Shown: positions 23,600-36,836 of the stretch, piece after piece | Layout of the letters: each line of letters begins with the position of its first letter | Position numbering within the stretch: the first letter of the stretch is position 1 | NCBI RefSeq assembly: GCF_001194135.2 | Contig: NC_068983.1 | Span: forward strand, 157,593,674-157,657,673 | DNA length: 64,000 nt | Origin: Octopus bimaculoides | Lineage: Eukaryota | Reading direction: 5' to 3' | The notes under the pieces: model-generated | Databases searched by the model: none | The model's input: only the letters and a program-made list of their open reading frames with translations | Told to the model about the DNA's origin: nothing | Program-made: the position numbers and the translations under genes

Positions 23600-25260
23600 T
23601 CTGCATATTCTAATTTTACTAAAGCCTCATCAGACACTAAACTTTGATCTGTAACTGCTGATGTATATTGAGATGAGTGCATTAGAGATTGATTTCTTTC
23701 CAGGAGCTTGCCTGTTTATATTCAACAATGACTTTTTGAGAGAACTCTTTATTGAATTTAGAGCAGACCATCATCAAAGCTTCTTTTTCTGAAAGCTGTT
23801 TAGAAAATGCAGAGGTTTGTCAATGGTCTTCTCTCACTCTCAGTGCTCCATTTACAACGGTCATAAAAATAATCCAGCTCCTTTAGTAATAAGCATGCCA
23901 TTACTGGCTTCTCTCATGATTGCTCTATTTATCCAGCAAAGAACAAAACTCGCCACAGCTACAACAATGAACATTTTTCCATAAGTATGTCAGTCAAAAA
24001 GGACCACAACCAGAACATCAGCATCTAAGACTTACAATAACAAGAATACATCAAGCAAAGTAACTTAAAATGCTGCTATTAGCATATATATTTCATGAAC
24101 ATATTTATTGATGTTTTATTTAAGTAGTGTTGCTAGTTTCATAAATATTTGCTCGGCCTTCTCTCTCTCTCTCAACATCCCAGAAAATATCTTTGAATTG
24201 ACTTATCAACTCAATCTAAAAAGACTGCTTTGGAATTTTTCTATTTAATCAAAAGATATATTCAAATGTTTTTCGGTAACTTTGTGTTCCTCTATAAATC
24301 ATGAGGCATAGCTTTCTTAAATGACTCAGTTCTATAATAATTGAATTTAGAGGATCATTAAACAAATCTTATTGTTGTTTACTTGTTTTTCTGTTGGCAA
24401 CTCCTCCCTCCTTTTACTTATCCCCACCTAGATAACAATTTGAAACCAGTTGCTGCTAAATCTTGCCTCTTTTTGCCAGTTTATTCAATATTTAATGTGA
24501 AACTAAATAGCTTCTTAGTGAAATCATTTAGTCTTTCATTAAGCCTTCAATTTCTTCATTTTATGAGCACAAGTATTAGTAGTAAGAAATAGTGGGCAAC
24601 AATGTCTTATTATCAACTACTTATAAACAATAAACCACTGTTGTTTTCTGGAAGCCTATTGAACATCTTAGACTAAGTGCAACAGCAAACATAACCTGAA
24701 AGTAGTATAAGAACAGATTTCATTTCACATTGACCATAAGATTTCAAGCTGTCGGGCACTTATTCCAAGTTACCATTTGGTGTGACTAATTCCATAAGTG
24801 CTTTTCAAAGAATAATGGATGGTGTAATTACTGACATTGATGTCAAAGGTGATCATACATATTTTGTTGATTCATATATAAATACATGCAACCACTCTCT
24901 GAGTGGTTGGCATTAGGAAGGGCATCCANNNNNNNNNNCCATGCTAGCATGGAAAGCGGACGTTAAACGACAACGATGATGGTGATGATGATTGTCAAAA
25001 ACCTTTTGAGGAGCACAGTGGAAACTTAACTCAGTTTATTTCACTTACTGAGTGACTCAACTGTGACATATGTCTTCTTTGTTTAACATCTGTTTGTTAC
25101 TTAGGTTACAATATAAAAAAAAATAATTCTCTGCAACCTGATCTGAAAAAATTGAAATCCCTCATTGATTACCATATGGCTATAGCTATTGTAGAATGTG
25201 TTCGGAAATGGTCAATTTTGAGGTTACTTCGCATTTACATTCTGATCAACAAGTGATCTC
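23600..25260 (+). mobile_element. Highly decayed Ty3/Gypsy LTR-retrotransposon internal fragments (~)
   Basis: RT motif KLPFGVTNSISAFQRIMD...YFVD (24767-24871); RNase H-like MAIAIVECVRKW (25176-); Gag zinc-knuckle-like YPAKNKTRHSYN..EHF (~23930-23980). Interrupted by a (GAT)n-tailed repeat. Confidence 0.6.
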
Positions 25261-25804
25261 ATCTATATTTAGTTATAAAAGTAGAAGAGAAATGAAATTC
25301 TTCATTGAGTTAATCGAATGTGGTGCATAAGAGTGCTCTTGGTGTATTTCTGTGACTTGTGACATTTTACTTTTATTTTTTTTTACATTTCTCAATGCTC
25401 TGCCTTTCACTTGGATCTCAAACAAATAACAATTTTGATGACCTGTTTGTTGTTATAAAATCTGTCACAGAGCTTCTGTATAGAAGTCAACCAATATGTT
25501 GTATGTTTATAGTTTCAGTTAGTGAGGACAGATGAGGTGGGTATGGTGGAATTGGTCAGGCCAGGCGAGTTGCTTTTGCTCTTACAATTCTAGTCGTGTA
25601 TATTCAAGCAGAGTGTTTGGAGCTATTGTTATTGATGCTGTGACTAGTGTTTGTATGATTGTGTCATTCACTGACAGAAAAAATAAGAATGAGTGAAAAG
25701 GTTGTTAGAGGGATGAGAGGGTATCAAAGAGGTTGAAGCTGAAAACCTGACAGAATACATACACAAATATATAAATACTTACACTCATGTATGTGTGTGC
25801 GCGC

Positions 25805-25835
25805 ACACACACACACACACACAAACACACACAAA

Positions 25836-25912
<77 letters not shown>
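25805..25912. repeat. (CA)n microsatellite
   Basis: Seen directly; it explains the spurious CV/HT ORFs. Confidence 0.95.
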
Positions 25913-25915
<3 letters not shown>

Positions 25916-26059
25916 TGAGTGGACAAATGAGAGGCACTCAACACATTTAGCAGGCATTACATATAATATCATTTTAAAACGGTTTGATTTGGTCTTAAGC
26001 AACTGAAAATTTCATAGACTCCTCACCTCGCTCATCAGGCTCAGATGACGGAATCATGC

Positions 26060-26990
26060 ATCATCATCATCATTTAACACTCGTTATCCACACTGGCATG
26101 GGTTGGCTGGTTTGACTACAGCTGGCACGCCAGGGAGCTACACCAGACTCCAGTCTGATTTGGCAAGGTTTCTACTGCTGGATGCCCGTCCTAACACCAA
26201 CCACTTTACAATATGTGCTGGGTGATTTCATGTAGTATTGCACGGTGCTTTTACATGACACCACCATGAGTGCTTCCCACCACCTGAAGGACCAGTCTTA
26301 ACACCTCTGCTATGGAGTTCAATTCTTGAGTACAGCAAGACCCCAGGTATCTTGGTCCTTTGCCATCTTGCCTGAAAGGTTCAACATCCTGTGGTTGTTC
26401 TTCATTACTTCATCTTATGTCTTCCTGGGTCTCCCACTTCCATGTGTTCCATCTACTTTGAGAGATCGGCACTTCTTTATGGAGCTGTTGGCATCCATCT
26501 GCATCACATGACCAAACCAGTGCAGTCTTCTCTCTTGCATACTGCATCTAATTCCTCATGTGCCTAACTTCTCTCTCAATACACTAGCACTTTGTTGAAC
26601 ATGTACACTTATATTACACATCCAGCAGAGCATATTAATCTCGTTCATTTCTAACGTTCGCATGTCCTCTGCATTCAGGGCCAACATCTCACAACCATAT
26701 AGAAATGCTGTCCTTATACATGTATCATACAATCTTCCTTTCACTTGGAGAGAGAAACNNNNNNNNNNTGAATTTCCTCCATCCTATTCTTATTCTAGCT
26801 ATCACACTCTCCTTGCATCCTCCCTCACTACTAATTTGGTCCCCTTGGTAGCAGAAATTATCTATTACCTCTAATGAGCCACCAGGGCATTTGAGAGAAT
26901 TAATTTCCTGAGTCCCAGCTTCCACCATTACCAACTTTACTGTTCATTTTGCCATGTCTGTATGTGAGTGTTCTCTCACACTATGTTGCC
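26060..26990 (-). mobile_element. RTE LINE 3' portion (degenerate RT C-terminus plus GAT tail) (~)
   Basis: LEVIDNFCYQGDQISSEGGCKESVIARIRIGWRKF and KGRLYDTCIRTAFLYGCE...MLCWMCNISV...LREKLG. Confidence 0.8.
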
Positions 26991-27186
26991 AATCATTCTA
27001 GTCCTTTGTCATCTCTTCTAAGAGATGCAACAACTTTGGATCAGTCTTCACTACTTTAACCCAGGTATTTTTTGAGAGGTGTGTGTGTAAAAAGAGACAC
27101 AAAGAAAGCTCATCTTCTGCATTGGTATATAATTCTGCTTCCATTTTTACTTCATTTTATTTTCAGCAGACTATTTGGATCTGAAA

Positions 27187-27295
27187 ATGGGCAAGCATCA
27201 ATTCGCCAAAATCTTCCTTATTTTTTTAACATTTGCTGTGCACATTGCTATGCTTGGTGTTAGTTACTTGGCAGTATTTCCAGAAAAAAGTCAAG
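27187..27295 (+). CDS. Membrane protein first coding exon: MGKHQFAKIFLIFLTFAVHIAMLGVSYLAVFPEKSQ(G)
   Basis: Upstream acceptor ttttattttcagcag (27166 or 27169); ATG at 27187; hydrophobic first TM segment; phase-1 donor at 27296. Confidence 0.75.
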
Positions 27296-27927
27296 GTAAT
27301 AATCTTTTAATGTCTTTAAACTGTTATGTAAAAATTAAGCTCTCTTTAACATCAGTGAAACCTACTTTGATAATAGAATAGTACCTTCAGATCTTATGTT
27401 TCATGAGAGGTGATTAATAGATGAAACACCTAATAAAAATTTGAAAGAGTCCTTAAAGCTCAATTTTGTTGACAGTGGATAAGATGTGGAAAGAAGCTGA
27501 TGTATAAGATCTTGAATAGGCCATGGGCCATAACTTGTAGCAATAAAAGAATGTGATATTTTTGGTTGAGCTGGGGGCACTGAGATAAGAATCCTATCCT
27601 CACTTTTGTTTGAACCTCTGAAATTGAATGGTTGGGCTGGTCCGGTTAGTTAGCTGATCATGCCAGATTTAATAGAATCCACTTAAATAGGGTCAGTTGG
27701 TGTTGGAGCTACTGTAGTTATAATGTGGCTGAATATACCACTTATGTAACCCAAATATAGTGGTTCACAATCTTTTTGGCTTCATGATGTCCTGGATATC
27801 AAATAACAATAACTGGCCCATTAGAAATCAGATAAAAACAATTACTAAAGTTAATAAAACTGTTTTAAAATTTAAAAATTGAGTGAAACATAGTAAACTA
27901 TTATTTAGACTGAAATATGTGATTTAA

Positions 27928-28144
27928 CCCTTTAGCACTTAAACTGGCCATATCCAACCTAGATATTCTTGTTTTATGCTCAAACTGGTCAGATCTGGAT
28001 TATCTTACCTACCCTACAATGTCATTCTGAAAATATACAATCACATCATTGAAATTTTGAAGCTATGAATTAATGTATGATTAATTCAAAACAATGTGGA
28101 TAGATAAGCATTACATTTGACACAATAAATGGAATGTTAAACTG
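27928..28144. mobile_element. Degenerate piggyBac-like MITE (TTAA-flanked, CCCTTT start)
   Basis: TTAA at 27924-27927 and 28145-28148; the right TIR is eroded. Confidence 0.5.
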
Positions 28145-30479
28145 TTAAGGCAGATTTGGCTGCTATTTCTTGTAAGTTGAGTAACTTCTTCATTAGTCAG
28201 ATTACAAAGTTCTCTTTTGTTGGCTCAAATGATTTTTTCTCTGCAGGTATTTACACTGATTGTTATTACCATATTTCTTTTGAAAAACAGTTTTTTTTTT
28301 TGATTAATTTTGAAAATAATGAAGGGTTTAATAAAATAACTTTGTCATTATGAAGTTAATGTTTGGAACATAAATTAATTATGAAATTTTGATTGAAGAT
28401 TTTAATTTAGATCACATTCAAGCATGAAGTTTCTATAATAGTACTAAGGGCAGTCTCAAGTGCATTGATATCATGTTTTTCAAGATATTCATTAGTATAG
28501 ATTTTCCAAATCCTTAAATTAAGTTTTAAAATCCATGTTTGTACCTAGATGCATCTTTTGGCACATTAAGAACCACTGTCTTAATGCATGAATTCGGAGA
28601 CCTGCAGTCTTTGTGACCTTTCTGGTGGGTCAGGAACAAAGATAATGATGTCAATCCATTTTAATGGCATCTTGTTCTTATTTTATCCAAACCTTTGGAA
28701 CAATCTTGAAATAACTCAAATTTTCAATCTCCAAATGGACCCTCCTTGACAATGAGGAAACTTATTTTTTGAATTGCTGATATTAATCCAAGTAGAAGAA
28801 TAAAGGAATATGTACAAGTGGAATTTGCAAACACAAGACATTCAAAAGTTGTGGAAAAGTCCAGTAATTGACCAAAGATTTTGGTATTAGAAGAAAAATA
28901 TTTGACAGAGCACAAGTAATTCCAAACTATATACGAGAAGTTTGAAACTATGAAATCAAGAGTAATATTTGTAGAAAGAGCGAAGTAGGATCATACAAAT
29001 GCTTTTATGTATGAACGATTTGATAGGTTTGGAAATGAAAGTTATTCTTCATAATATATCAGTAAGAGTTCAGAATAAAAATCATGAAAGTGACTTTTAG
29101 TTTATTGTTGGTGAAGAGAATTTGCTTCCTAAAGTATAACTTGTTAAAAACTTCTTGTTTGTAAAATCTTGTTTTATTTTTACAAGCACTTTATTCCTGA
29201 CTTCTGATATGCTTGTTTCCTACGTCAAATTGCTCTTATTTGGATATTGTCATGTCAAATTTGCTATTCAAAAAGCAGCTAGAAAGAGAAATTAGTTCAT
29301 AGTGTGGAGAAAGTCACAATGGTGTTAACACACATGAAAATTGTACTGGCTGTAAGTAAAGTTGATTATGACTTTGCAAATCTGAATTTAAATTGATAAA
29401 GAGAAAAAAACTCAAATGTATATATAAGTTTCAATTCAGGTAACAAAAAAAGAAATTATAACCTCTTGTTTTTCTATAGTGCTTCACTTTGTCTATCACT
29501 GCAAAGAGCTAGAAATACAGCACCTAGATGTGTGTATGTGTGAGTGTGCCCATACCCCCACCCCATAAAAAATTATTTCTCCTTTATAGTTGACCTTATT
29601 TTTTTTCCTAAACAGGTTTGGTTGGGCAAGCAAGATGCATTAAGCTCAAAACATGAGTAAATATATATTTAATTGTTATAAGTTACAATGGTTGAGAGTG
29701 TCATGCATGACATTCGTCAAACTGTCTTGCATGAAACTCTTGGTTCTTGAATCACTTTGTAACCTCTGCCTATTAAAAATTAAACTAATATATTTCTAAA
29801 CGAAATTTTTACTCATATTTGACCTTTCAGTAATTTTTATTGTTCTTTGAAAGAATTTATCATTTTTCTTGAACCAAAACCTGAAAAGACTATGCTTGTC
29901 CTGAAATTATAGGCTTATTTCATTAACAAGCTCCATATGTAAAACTTTTTAATGAATGATTAATGATCAGTTGGTTTCTTGAACAGAACAGTATCTTCAT
30001 TGGTTCTGTATATTTCAGAGTCTTTGAAACTTAAGATTATCTGATTTGCTTGGAAACATACATTTTGTGATGCCTTATTAGCAAAAAAAAAAACCCACGG
30101 AAATCAAAATTCTTTGATGTAGAAAAGACTGACAGCTTAGAAATATAAAATCTCAAAAGTTGCTTTCAATATAAATTTACATGGTAACACGATAAATTTT
30201 ATGTTTTTGATATATATGTTTCATTGTATTGACCAGACTATAGGATGTCGTAGATCACTGGTCACAATTTGCATTGTAGCTCTCAAATGATGGCACCCTG
30301 TTGGCTAGATGGGTAGGCTGACATTCCCACTAAATGGAATAGCAATCTGTCACAGGGTTACCCATTTATTGCTGAGTGGATGAGAGCAACATCAAAGGAA
30401 GTGTGTTGCTCAAGTCTGGGAAATGAAACCACTATCTTGCAATCATGTGTGCAACACCTTAACCACTAGGCTATGCATC

Positions 30480-30876
30480 TGTAGTAACGCCTTAATAGCA
30501 GACGACATATCCGGAAAGCTTATCCACGCATGCGCAGGGACTAGTTCCGGAAGGAACACAGGAAGAGTCTCATGCGCATGTGTGGTCATTGGATATTCAA
30601 GCTTCGCGCCCTTATTCATTCTCTTTTCTCGCCGGCCGACGGAGAGCTCAGACGTACAAGCAGACTCTCTCCAACATTCCAACTCTGGAGACAGCTCTTT
30701 CCAACACTCCAACTCTGGAGCTAGACAAATAACCAACCAACACCACTGACGGCGTCTCAGCAACCAAAGGGCGAAGTGCTGCCTATTTCCTCTGTAAATA
30801 AATATTGTTGTGTTGATGGTTCAGAATCTGCGTTCCGTTGTTTCTTCAGAATTTAATGTACGGAAGCGGGTATACA
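30480..30876 (+). mobile_element. Solo-LTR-like element in the membrane-gene intron
   Basis: TGTA...TACA termini; CpG-rich relative to its flanks; AATAAA about 80 nt before the 3' end; internal ~30-bp tandem duplication. No matching TSD seen. Confidence 0.5.
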
Positions 30877-31537
30877 CCTAATGGTGTATAACCACTTTCC
30901 TAAACATCTTAGTGTGTGTGTGTGTAATTGTAAACTTTTTTGAACAGCAGTTGGGAATTTCTAGTCTAGCAGGACTTTTGTTTTTCGCACCGTTTAACCT
31001 GAAAATGATCAGATTAGCCGAATTCTTAATCATATCAGTATTTTTTGTATACTGATGCAGAAAAAACATAGTAAACATCTATATTAGCTTGCTTAACAAT
31101 GGTTTCAAATTTTCTAAAACTGAGAAGATTGTGTATACATTTTTGTAATGTTCCTTTACTATGAATGCCAGTTTATTGAGTTCCATTGTACTCAAACACT
31201 TGAAATTAGTATTGCATAGCAAAAATTTACTCTGTACTTGCAGAAAGAAGTGAATTAAACTTTTTAACATAATGTTTTTGTTTCAAAATTTTAAAACTAT
31301 TGCAATTTATAGCTCTAATTAAACTTCATCTTTCATTTGATATGTTTCAAGATAGATGGGAGCTTGTCTTTTACTCATACTATATATATGTATGTTTGTA
31401 TGTAAGACAAAAATTGAATTCATAATTGATTTCAATTTTCATGTTGAATACTGAAAATAAAGAAGATGAAATTTAGATTTATGCAAATTTTCAAAGATTT
31501 TTTTGTCTTTTTCTAAGAATTTGTATTTTCTTTATAG

Positions 31538-32331
31538 GCCTGTTTACTGCTGAAACTGGTAACATTTCTCATAAATATGATCTGGCTGCAGTTCCTGATG
31601 ATTCAACTTTCTCCATTTGGGGTGCAATTTACCTGTTAGAAGCAGTGTGGCTTTTTTATGCAATCACAACTGTATTTCGGTCAACTTCCAAAGGACCTTT
31701 ATATGTTTCATGTAATGTAATGCCTCCTCAAATGCTTATTGCTTTTATACTTAACTGTGTTATTAATATAATTTGGTTAATTTTGTTTGACAGAGAAAAA
31801 ATTCTTTATTCTGGTATCATTATTCCCTTCCTTCCAATTTGCCTTATATACTGCCTAGTCCTTTCTCATAGAAGATTGCATTCTTATTCTGTCTTCATGA
31901 TTAAAGAATCTTTGCTTTTTGATGTTTGGATTAATCGTTTCTTAGTCCAAAATGGTATTGCCATAAATGCTACATGGACATTTATTGCAACATGTTTGAA
32001 CTTCGGAATGGTTCTTACCTATGTTTATGATGTCAAAGAAGAAATTTCTAGTATTATTGTTCTGATGATGGTGTCGATTGGAACTCTGTTATATACTTAC
32101 TTTGATTACAAGCGCAAACTTACCCACTATACAGTGACACCATATATGGTTGTTTGCTGGGCTACAGTTGGCATACTGCTTAAACATGCTGCAGAAACTT
32201 CTTGGACTAATATTACTATATTGTCTGTTGTTCTCCTGGTTGGTACTTGCATTGTGTTGGGGTTCAAAGTCTTCTCCATTTTATTTCCATTAAAAACTGA
32301 TCGTAAAAGTAAGGTGAAGAAAAGTTCTTAA
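31538..32331 (+). CDS. Membrane protein large terminal exon: (G)LFTAETGNISHKYDLAAVPDDSTFSIWGAIYLLEAVWLFY...SKVKKSS*
   Basis: 794-nt uninterrupted frame in very AT-rich DNA (it extends ORF-track 31645..32331 upstream); multiple TM-like stretches; basic cytosolic tail. Confidence 0.88.
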
Positions 32332-35300
32332 ACATGAAAGTCCGTTGAAATTAGAGGACAAATAAATCTCACAACTAAATATAAGAAAATATTTTTTTAG
32401 TACAAATTCTTTTTACTAAGACTATCTTTAATTTTATATTTTACTGATACTTATTTATAAAACACATTGGAGTGGCAGCTGAACTTAAAACTATAAGGGC
32501 CTAAACTATTTTCAAAAAAACTTCTTTTTATATATGTATGTGGATTCCATTGCTCTCCAAAATGGAAAAAGCTACATTTTTCTAAGTCAATATATCCAAT
32601 AAGTACAAATCATCTCTCAAGATACTTGTCATACATTTTTTAAAACATGCTTATAGTTATTACAAGCACCCAAGCCTTTCTTAACATTATAACAATCTTA
32701 AAGTTATAAGAATGATAAATTGGATGTCTTCTTTATTAATTGCCCATCATCTGGTACAGTATCAAAAATTACAGATTCAATACTTTAGAAAGCTAAATTT
32801 CTATACATGTTCATCATAGTGGTACTAAATTGTCATTAAGATTACTTCTAACTTTAAAGAAAAATCATCAAAATGCCTTTTGAATTTCATTCACTTGAAC
32901 TTTTAATCTCAATACATTGATTAAAATATAAAGTTTACACTAAATTAGATTATATTTTTCCACTGAAAATTGTATAATTTTTTTTTTTTTTTTAAATTTT
33001 CATATAATAAGCAAACTGAAAAATTAAACAGAATGATATTTTCCTATGTAAAGTTTTAGAATTCAGTATTATACATTGAAATCATTTATACATTAAATCA
33101 TTGATACAAGTTTGTGACAAAAACACTTATAGATTGTGTCTTTTAAAATGTTTGAAGTAATTTAATATACTACTCATTGTTTCAAGGATATTTGTGGATC
33201 ATACTGTTACTATGTCTCAATTATCATGTGTAACTTTTCTTATTGAACTGTTTTCGCTGTGTTTTAAAAGAACTAAAACTTGTATATAGACTGACTTTTG
33301 CACTTTTTTACATTTTCATAATCAAACTTTCCATAACAAAATTGCATTAGTTTTTCTCATTTTTATGTAGTAATTTTTAAATAAAAAAATTATTAAACAT
33401 TTTATTATATTGTTTTGTTCGTTTTTTTTTCCTCCTCTTATTTGTGAATTTACATAAGTATTTAAATGTAAGTATCTTAGAATTCACTGTGAAAGGATTT
33501 TTTGTTTTTCAATTTATTCAATAAAATGATCTCCAGAAAGCATCTTGAAAATCTTTTGAGAACCAAACCAATTACTTGAGTTGATCAAAAGTATTATTCT
33601 TCAATAGGTAATAATCTCTATTAACTTCATGAAGAGACCAGCAAGAACCAGTCTACTTCTGGTCATAACTATGAAAGGAATTGAACTCTCTACTGCAAGT
33701 TAATGAATGACTTGTTGATTTTTAAAGTTGCTGTTATTTTCGGTGAAGATTGTCAAAGTAGCACTGCATTGTGTGTTACAAGATATGAATCACTAATTGT
33801 TTAGTATACTTTCAACTCAGGACCATTACATAATGATTCCCAAAGCATACCAATGTCACAAAAATATAGCTAGGTGTTTTGTGAAAATAAAATTAGATTT
33901 AAAAATTGTGAAAACTACAAAATATAATTCTAAATATAGTCTTTAATGGGGATTCATTTATTGAATAAAGTAGTAGGTTATTTTCTGTAGTGTTTTTGTA
34001 GGCATAATCTTTTGTTTTACTTGTTTCAGTCATTTAACTACATTTTCCTACAGTGACAGGGTATAAACCAAAAGGAAAATTAATCTGATGGAAATATGTT
34101 TTAAAGTGTTGGTGCAATTGTTTAGGGATATAAACTGAATTGAAGCTTTCACACATGCTGTTTGCTCCCTGAAGCTTTAATTGTGTTGTAATAGTTTGCA
34201 TAATTTGATGTTTTTAAATCCATTTCTCAGTAATATTGATTTTAATAATACAAAAGTTATTTTTGTGAATGCGAAAGCACAATATAGATAAGATTCATCT
34301 ATTTCATTCAAATATCAAAGTCTAAATGCGTAAAGATGATCATGAACATATACTAAAAGATCAACATGAAATCTTCAGTCATTGTATTTTGTTTGGAAGC
34401 AAGTTTATTTAAGGTAAATAGATGAATAAATGAAAAATACAAAAATTAAAAAAAAAAAAATTTTCATTTCAGAAAATATACAACAAGAGTCAACTCCATG
34501 TTTATGATGATATAATTTTAATTTGTAACTGAAAGAGACCTGGATAAATGAAGCAGTTAACATGAATCATATCCCATTTGTTATCTCCCCTTAGCTATAA
34601 TTAACTTAAGATATGAAGATATGAATAATGTGTTTGTTTGAATCCGATCAGAGAATAAATATAATACTTAATTAAAAGTCGTCCCTTTTATGAATATCAA
34701 CAAAGATTTAAAAAGAGTTTCATAAAAATCTATGGTTCCAGTAGATGTTCCCAAAGAATCAATGCATGTATAGACTTGAAAGGCATGATTTGGTAAATAT
34801 TCCATTAATGCCAGATGTAAAAAATTTAAGTAGCAAAAAATTTCTCATGGTGCTTGGAGGCCACAAGGAGTGTATGTAAATGTCATACTTCAACTTTACA
34901 TTGGATTTGGCCCGATCAGAAACCCTAAAGTGAAATAATGTGGAATACCCAAATCTGTTGATTCACCTTAATGTTTGGATGATTTGAGAAATAGCATGAA
35001 AAATGCATTAATAAAAGTGAAAATTCTAATATATATATATATGGAAAATTAATAATGCAAAACTGTCACCATAGATATGAAAGGAAGCACCATACTTCCT
35101 CTTTCCATTTCTGAATATGTAGGGCACTTTCTTGTTGCTGTCTATAAACTTAGGCAGACTCTAACTTGGTGTATTGTCAGGTTGTTCTTTTTACCCTTGT
35201 TGGCACTATTTTTTTTTTACTACCACATCCAGAAATAGAGATTATATTCATTCTGTACAATGTATTGACTTGTCCTGAGTGAAAAAATACATGACCAATA

Positions 35301-36635
35301 TGATGTAGAAAAGAACATGGTAGTGTACTTGTGTCATTCATAATGTCTGTAGTTGCTATCCAAAACAGGGATGAGTCGAAAACATGGTCTGTCTTGTTTA
35401 ATTTTAAGTGCAGCAAAGACTATAATAATTAGTATGTATCATTTTAGCAATTTAGTTTTGAGTAGAAAATGATTGATAGAGCAATACAAAAGAAATCAGA
35501 CGGATAGTTACTAATTACTTATGTAAAGATTGGTGTAAAACAAGATCACATAATACATTTACCATTCATAGATTCATTTGGATAGTATATAACCAGAACA
35601 TAAGTGATCAGATGAAATAAAGGTTAATTTAAAAACAACAGTGTAAATCAGTGAAACTGATGAAAAGAAGAGATGTGTAGGTTGCTGCGATACTATTTTG
35701 AAAGCAGTGATATCAAACAAAACCATTGATAGTAATTATCAAGCCACTATTGTGGCTTGAATGATTTATCACATATAATAAAGAGACTAAAATGGATTTA
35801 TTTACAGGCAGCTATTAAATTCTAAACATTTTTTTTTCACATAGAAAAGCTGTATACCAACATGTGTAAATAAGATTTAATAACAACATACAAGTTGCTA
35901 TTTAGTGAGGTTGCAAAGCTTGGATATCACCATGGTGTGGAACATTACTCCTATATCTGAGTTACTGACGAGCCAAATCAAATTTGAAAAAAAACCCATT
36001 TGTTTTCAATATCTGGTTAACAGATAACAAGTAGCTTCCTCAGTCTTTTCTCTTGTTAGCTGTAAAAAAAAGAAAGTTGCCATTCTACAATTATCACTCC
36101 TCCAAGATAATGCATCAAACAAAATACAAATCTCAGGAATTTATGACTTTGGAATGCCTTTCCTATACATGTTACCTGCTATACTTCTACAAAATTAACA
36201 TCAGCTAAGGGGTTTTTCTCTGGTGAGATACTTGTCTGATCCTTCTCTAGGAAGTCATAAATAAAACATCTTACATGTTTTATTTTTTACCCTTTTTACA
36301 ATACAGTTATGTTCCAACCTATATTTTAGAAGGTAGAAAATGTCTGTTTGGCTAAAACAATCATTTAACACTTTCAAAACCAGCATTACCAATAGTATTT
36401 AGTATAATTAATCTTAAAATGCTACCCTTTTGTGATTTATAGCAAAAACTGCTGTTAACACTCTTCTTAAAATTTCAGTGAGAAATGATTTGTGGCTCTA
36501 AATCTACATAGGTGTATTTTAATCATTATCAAAACAATTTAAAATGCTGGAGCTGACAAAGAAAGGGTTAAATGGAATTCATGCTCATTCACATCTGATT
36601 GACACCAGCATGAAGTCCTTTACACTGTAAAGTCA

Positions 36636-36836
36636 TTACATATCCTCTTGCATATAGCGTAAATACTTTTCATGATTTGCTTCATAGCTGTGAGATTGGT
36701 ATTGGCCTTCACAGGTTTGTAGTTGCTTAAAAGATGTACCAGACAAGGTTTGAAGTACATAATCTCCAATGTCAAAGGAATATAATTCATTCCAAGAGAG
36801 GCGACCATCATGGTTGCTGTCAATCAAGTTGAGAAA
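36636..36836 (-). CDS. JmjC gene last exon: FLNLIDSNHDGRLSWNELYSFDIGDYVLQTLSGTSFKQLQTCEGQYQSHSYEANHEKYLRYMQEDM*
   Basis: Acceptor tttccttcag; canonical EF-hand loop DxNxDGxLxxxE; matches ORF track 36636..36827. Confidence 0.85.
   Translation of the reverse strand, partial: FLNLIDSNHDGRLSWNELYSFDIGDYVLQTLSGTSFKQLQTCEGQYQSHSYEANHEKYLRYMQEDM

Larger units (their letters stand above)
27187..32331 (+). other. Gene span: uncharacterised 300-aa multi-pass membrane protein, join(27187..27295,31538..32331)
   Basis: The phase-1 donor (caag|gtaat, 27295) joins the phase-1 acceptor (tttatag|gc, 31538) to give one open frame with about 8 hydrophobic segments. The motif GLF...TGNIS.KY....P...TFSIWGAIY resembles TspO/MBR-related or DUF1774-like membrane proteins (recalled, not searched). 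Confidence 0.8.

Noticed and set aside
35177-35416. 79-aa minus-strand ORF between the convergent genes
   Set aside because: No recognisable domain or convincing splice partners, and it lies downstream of the JmjC stop codon.
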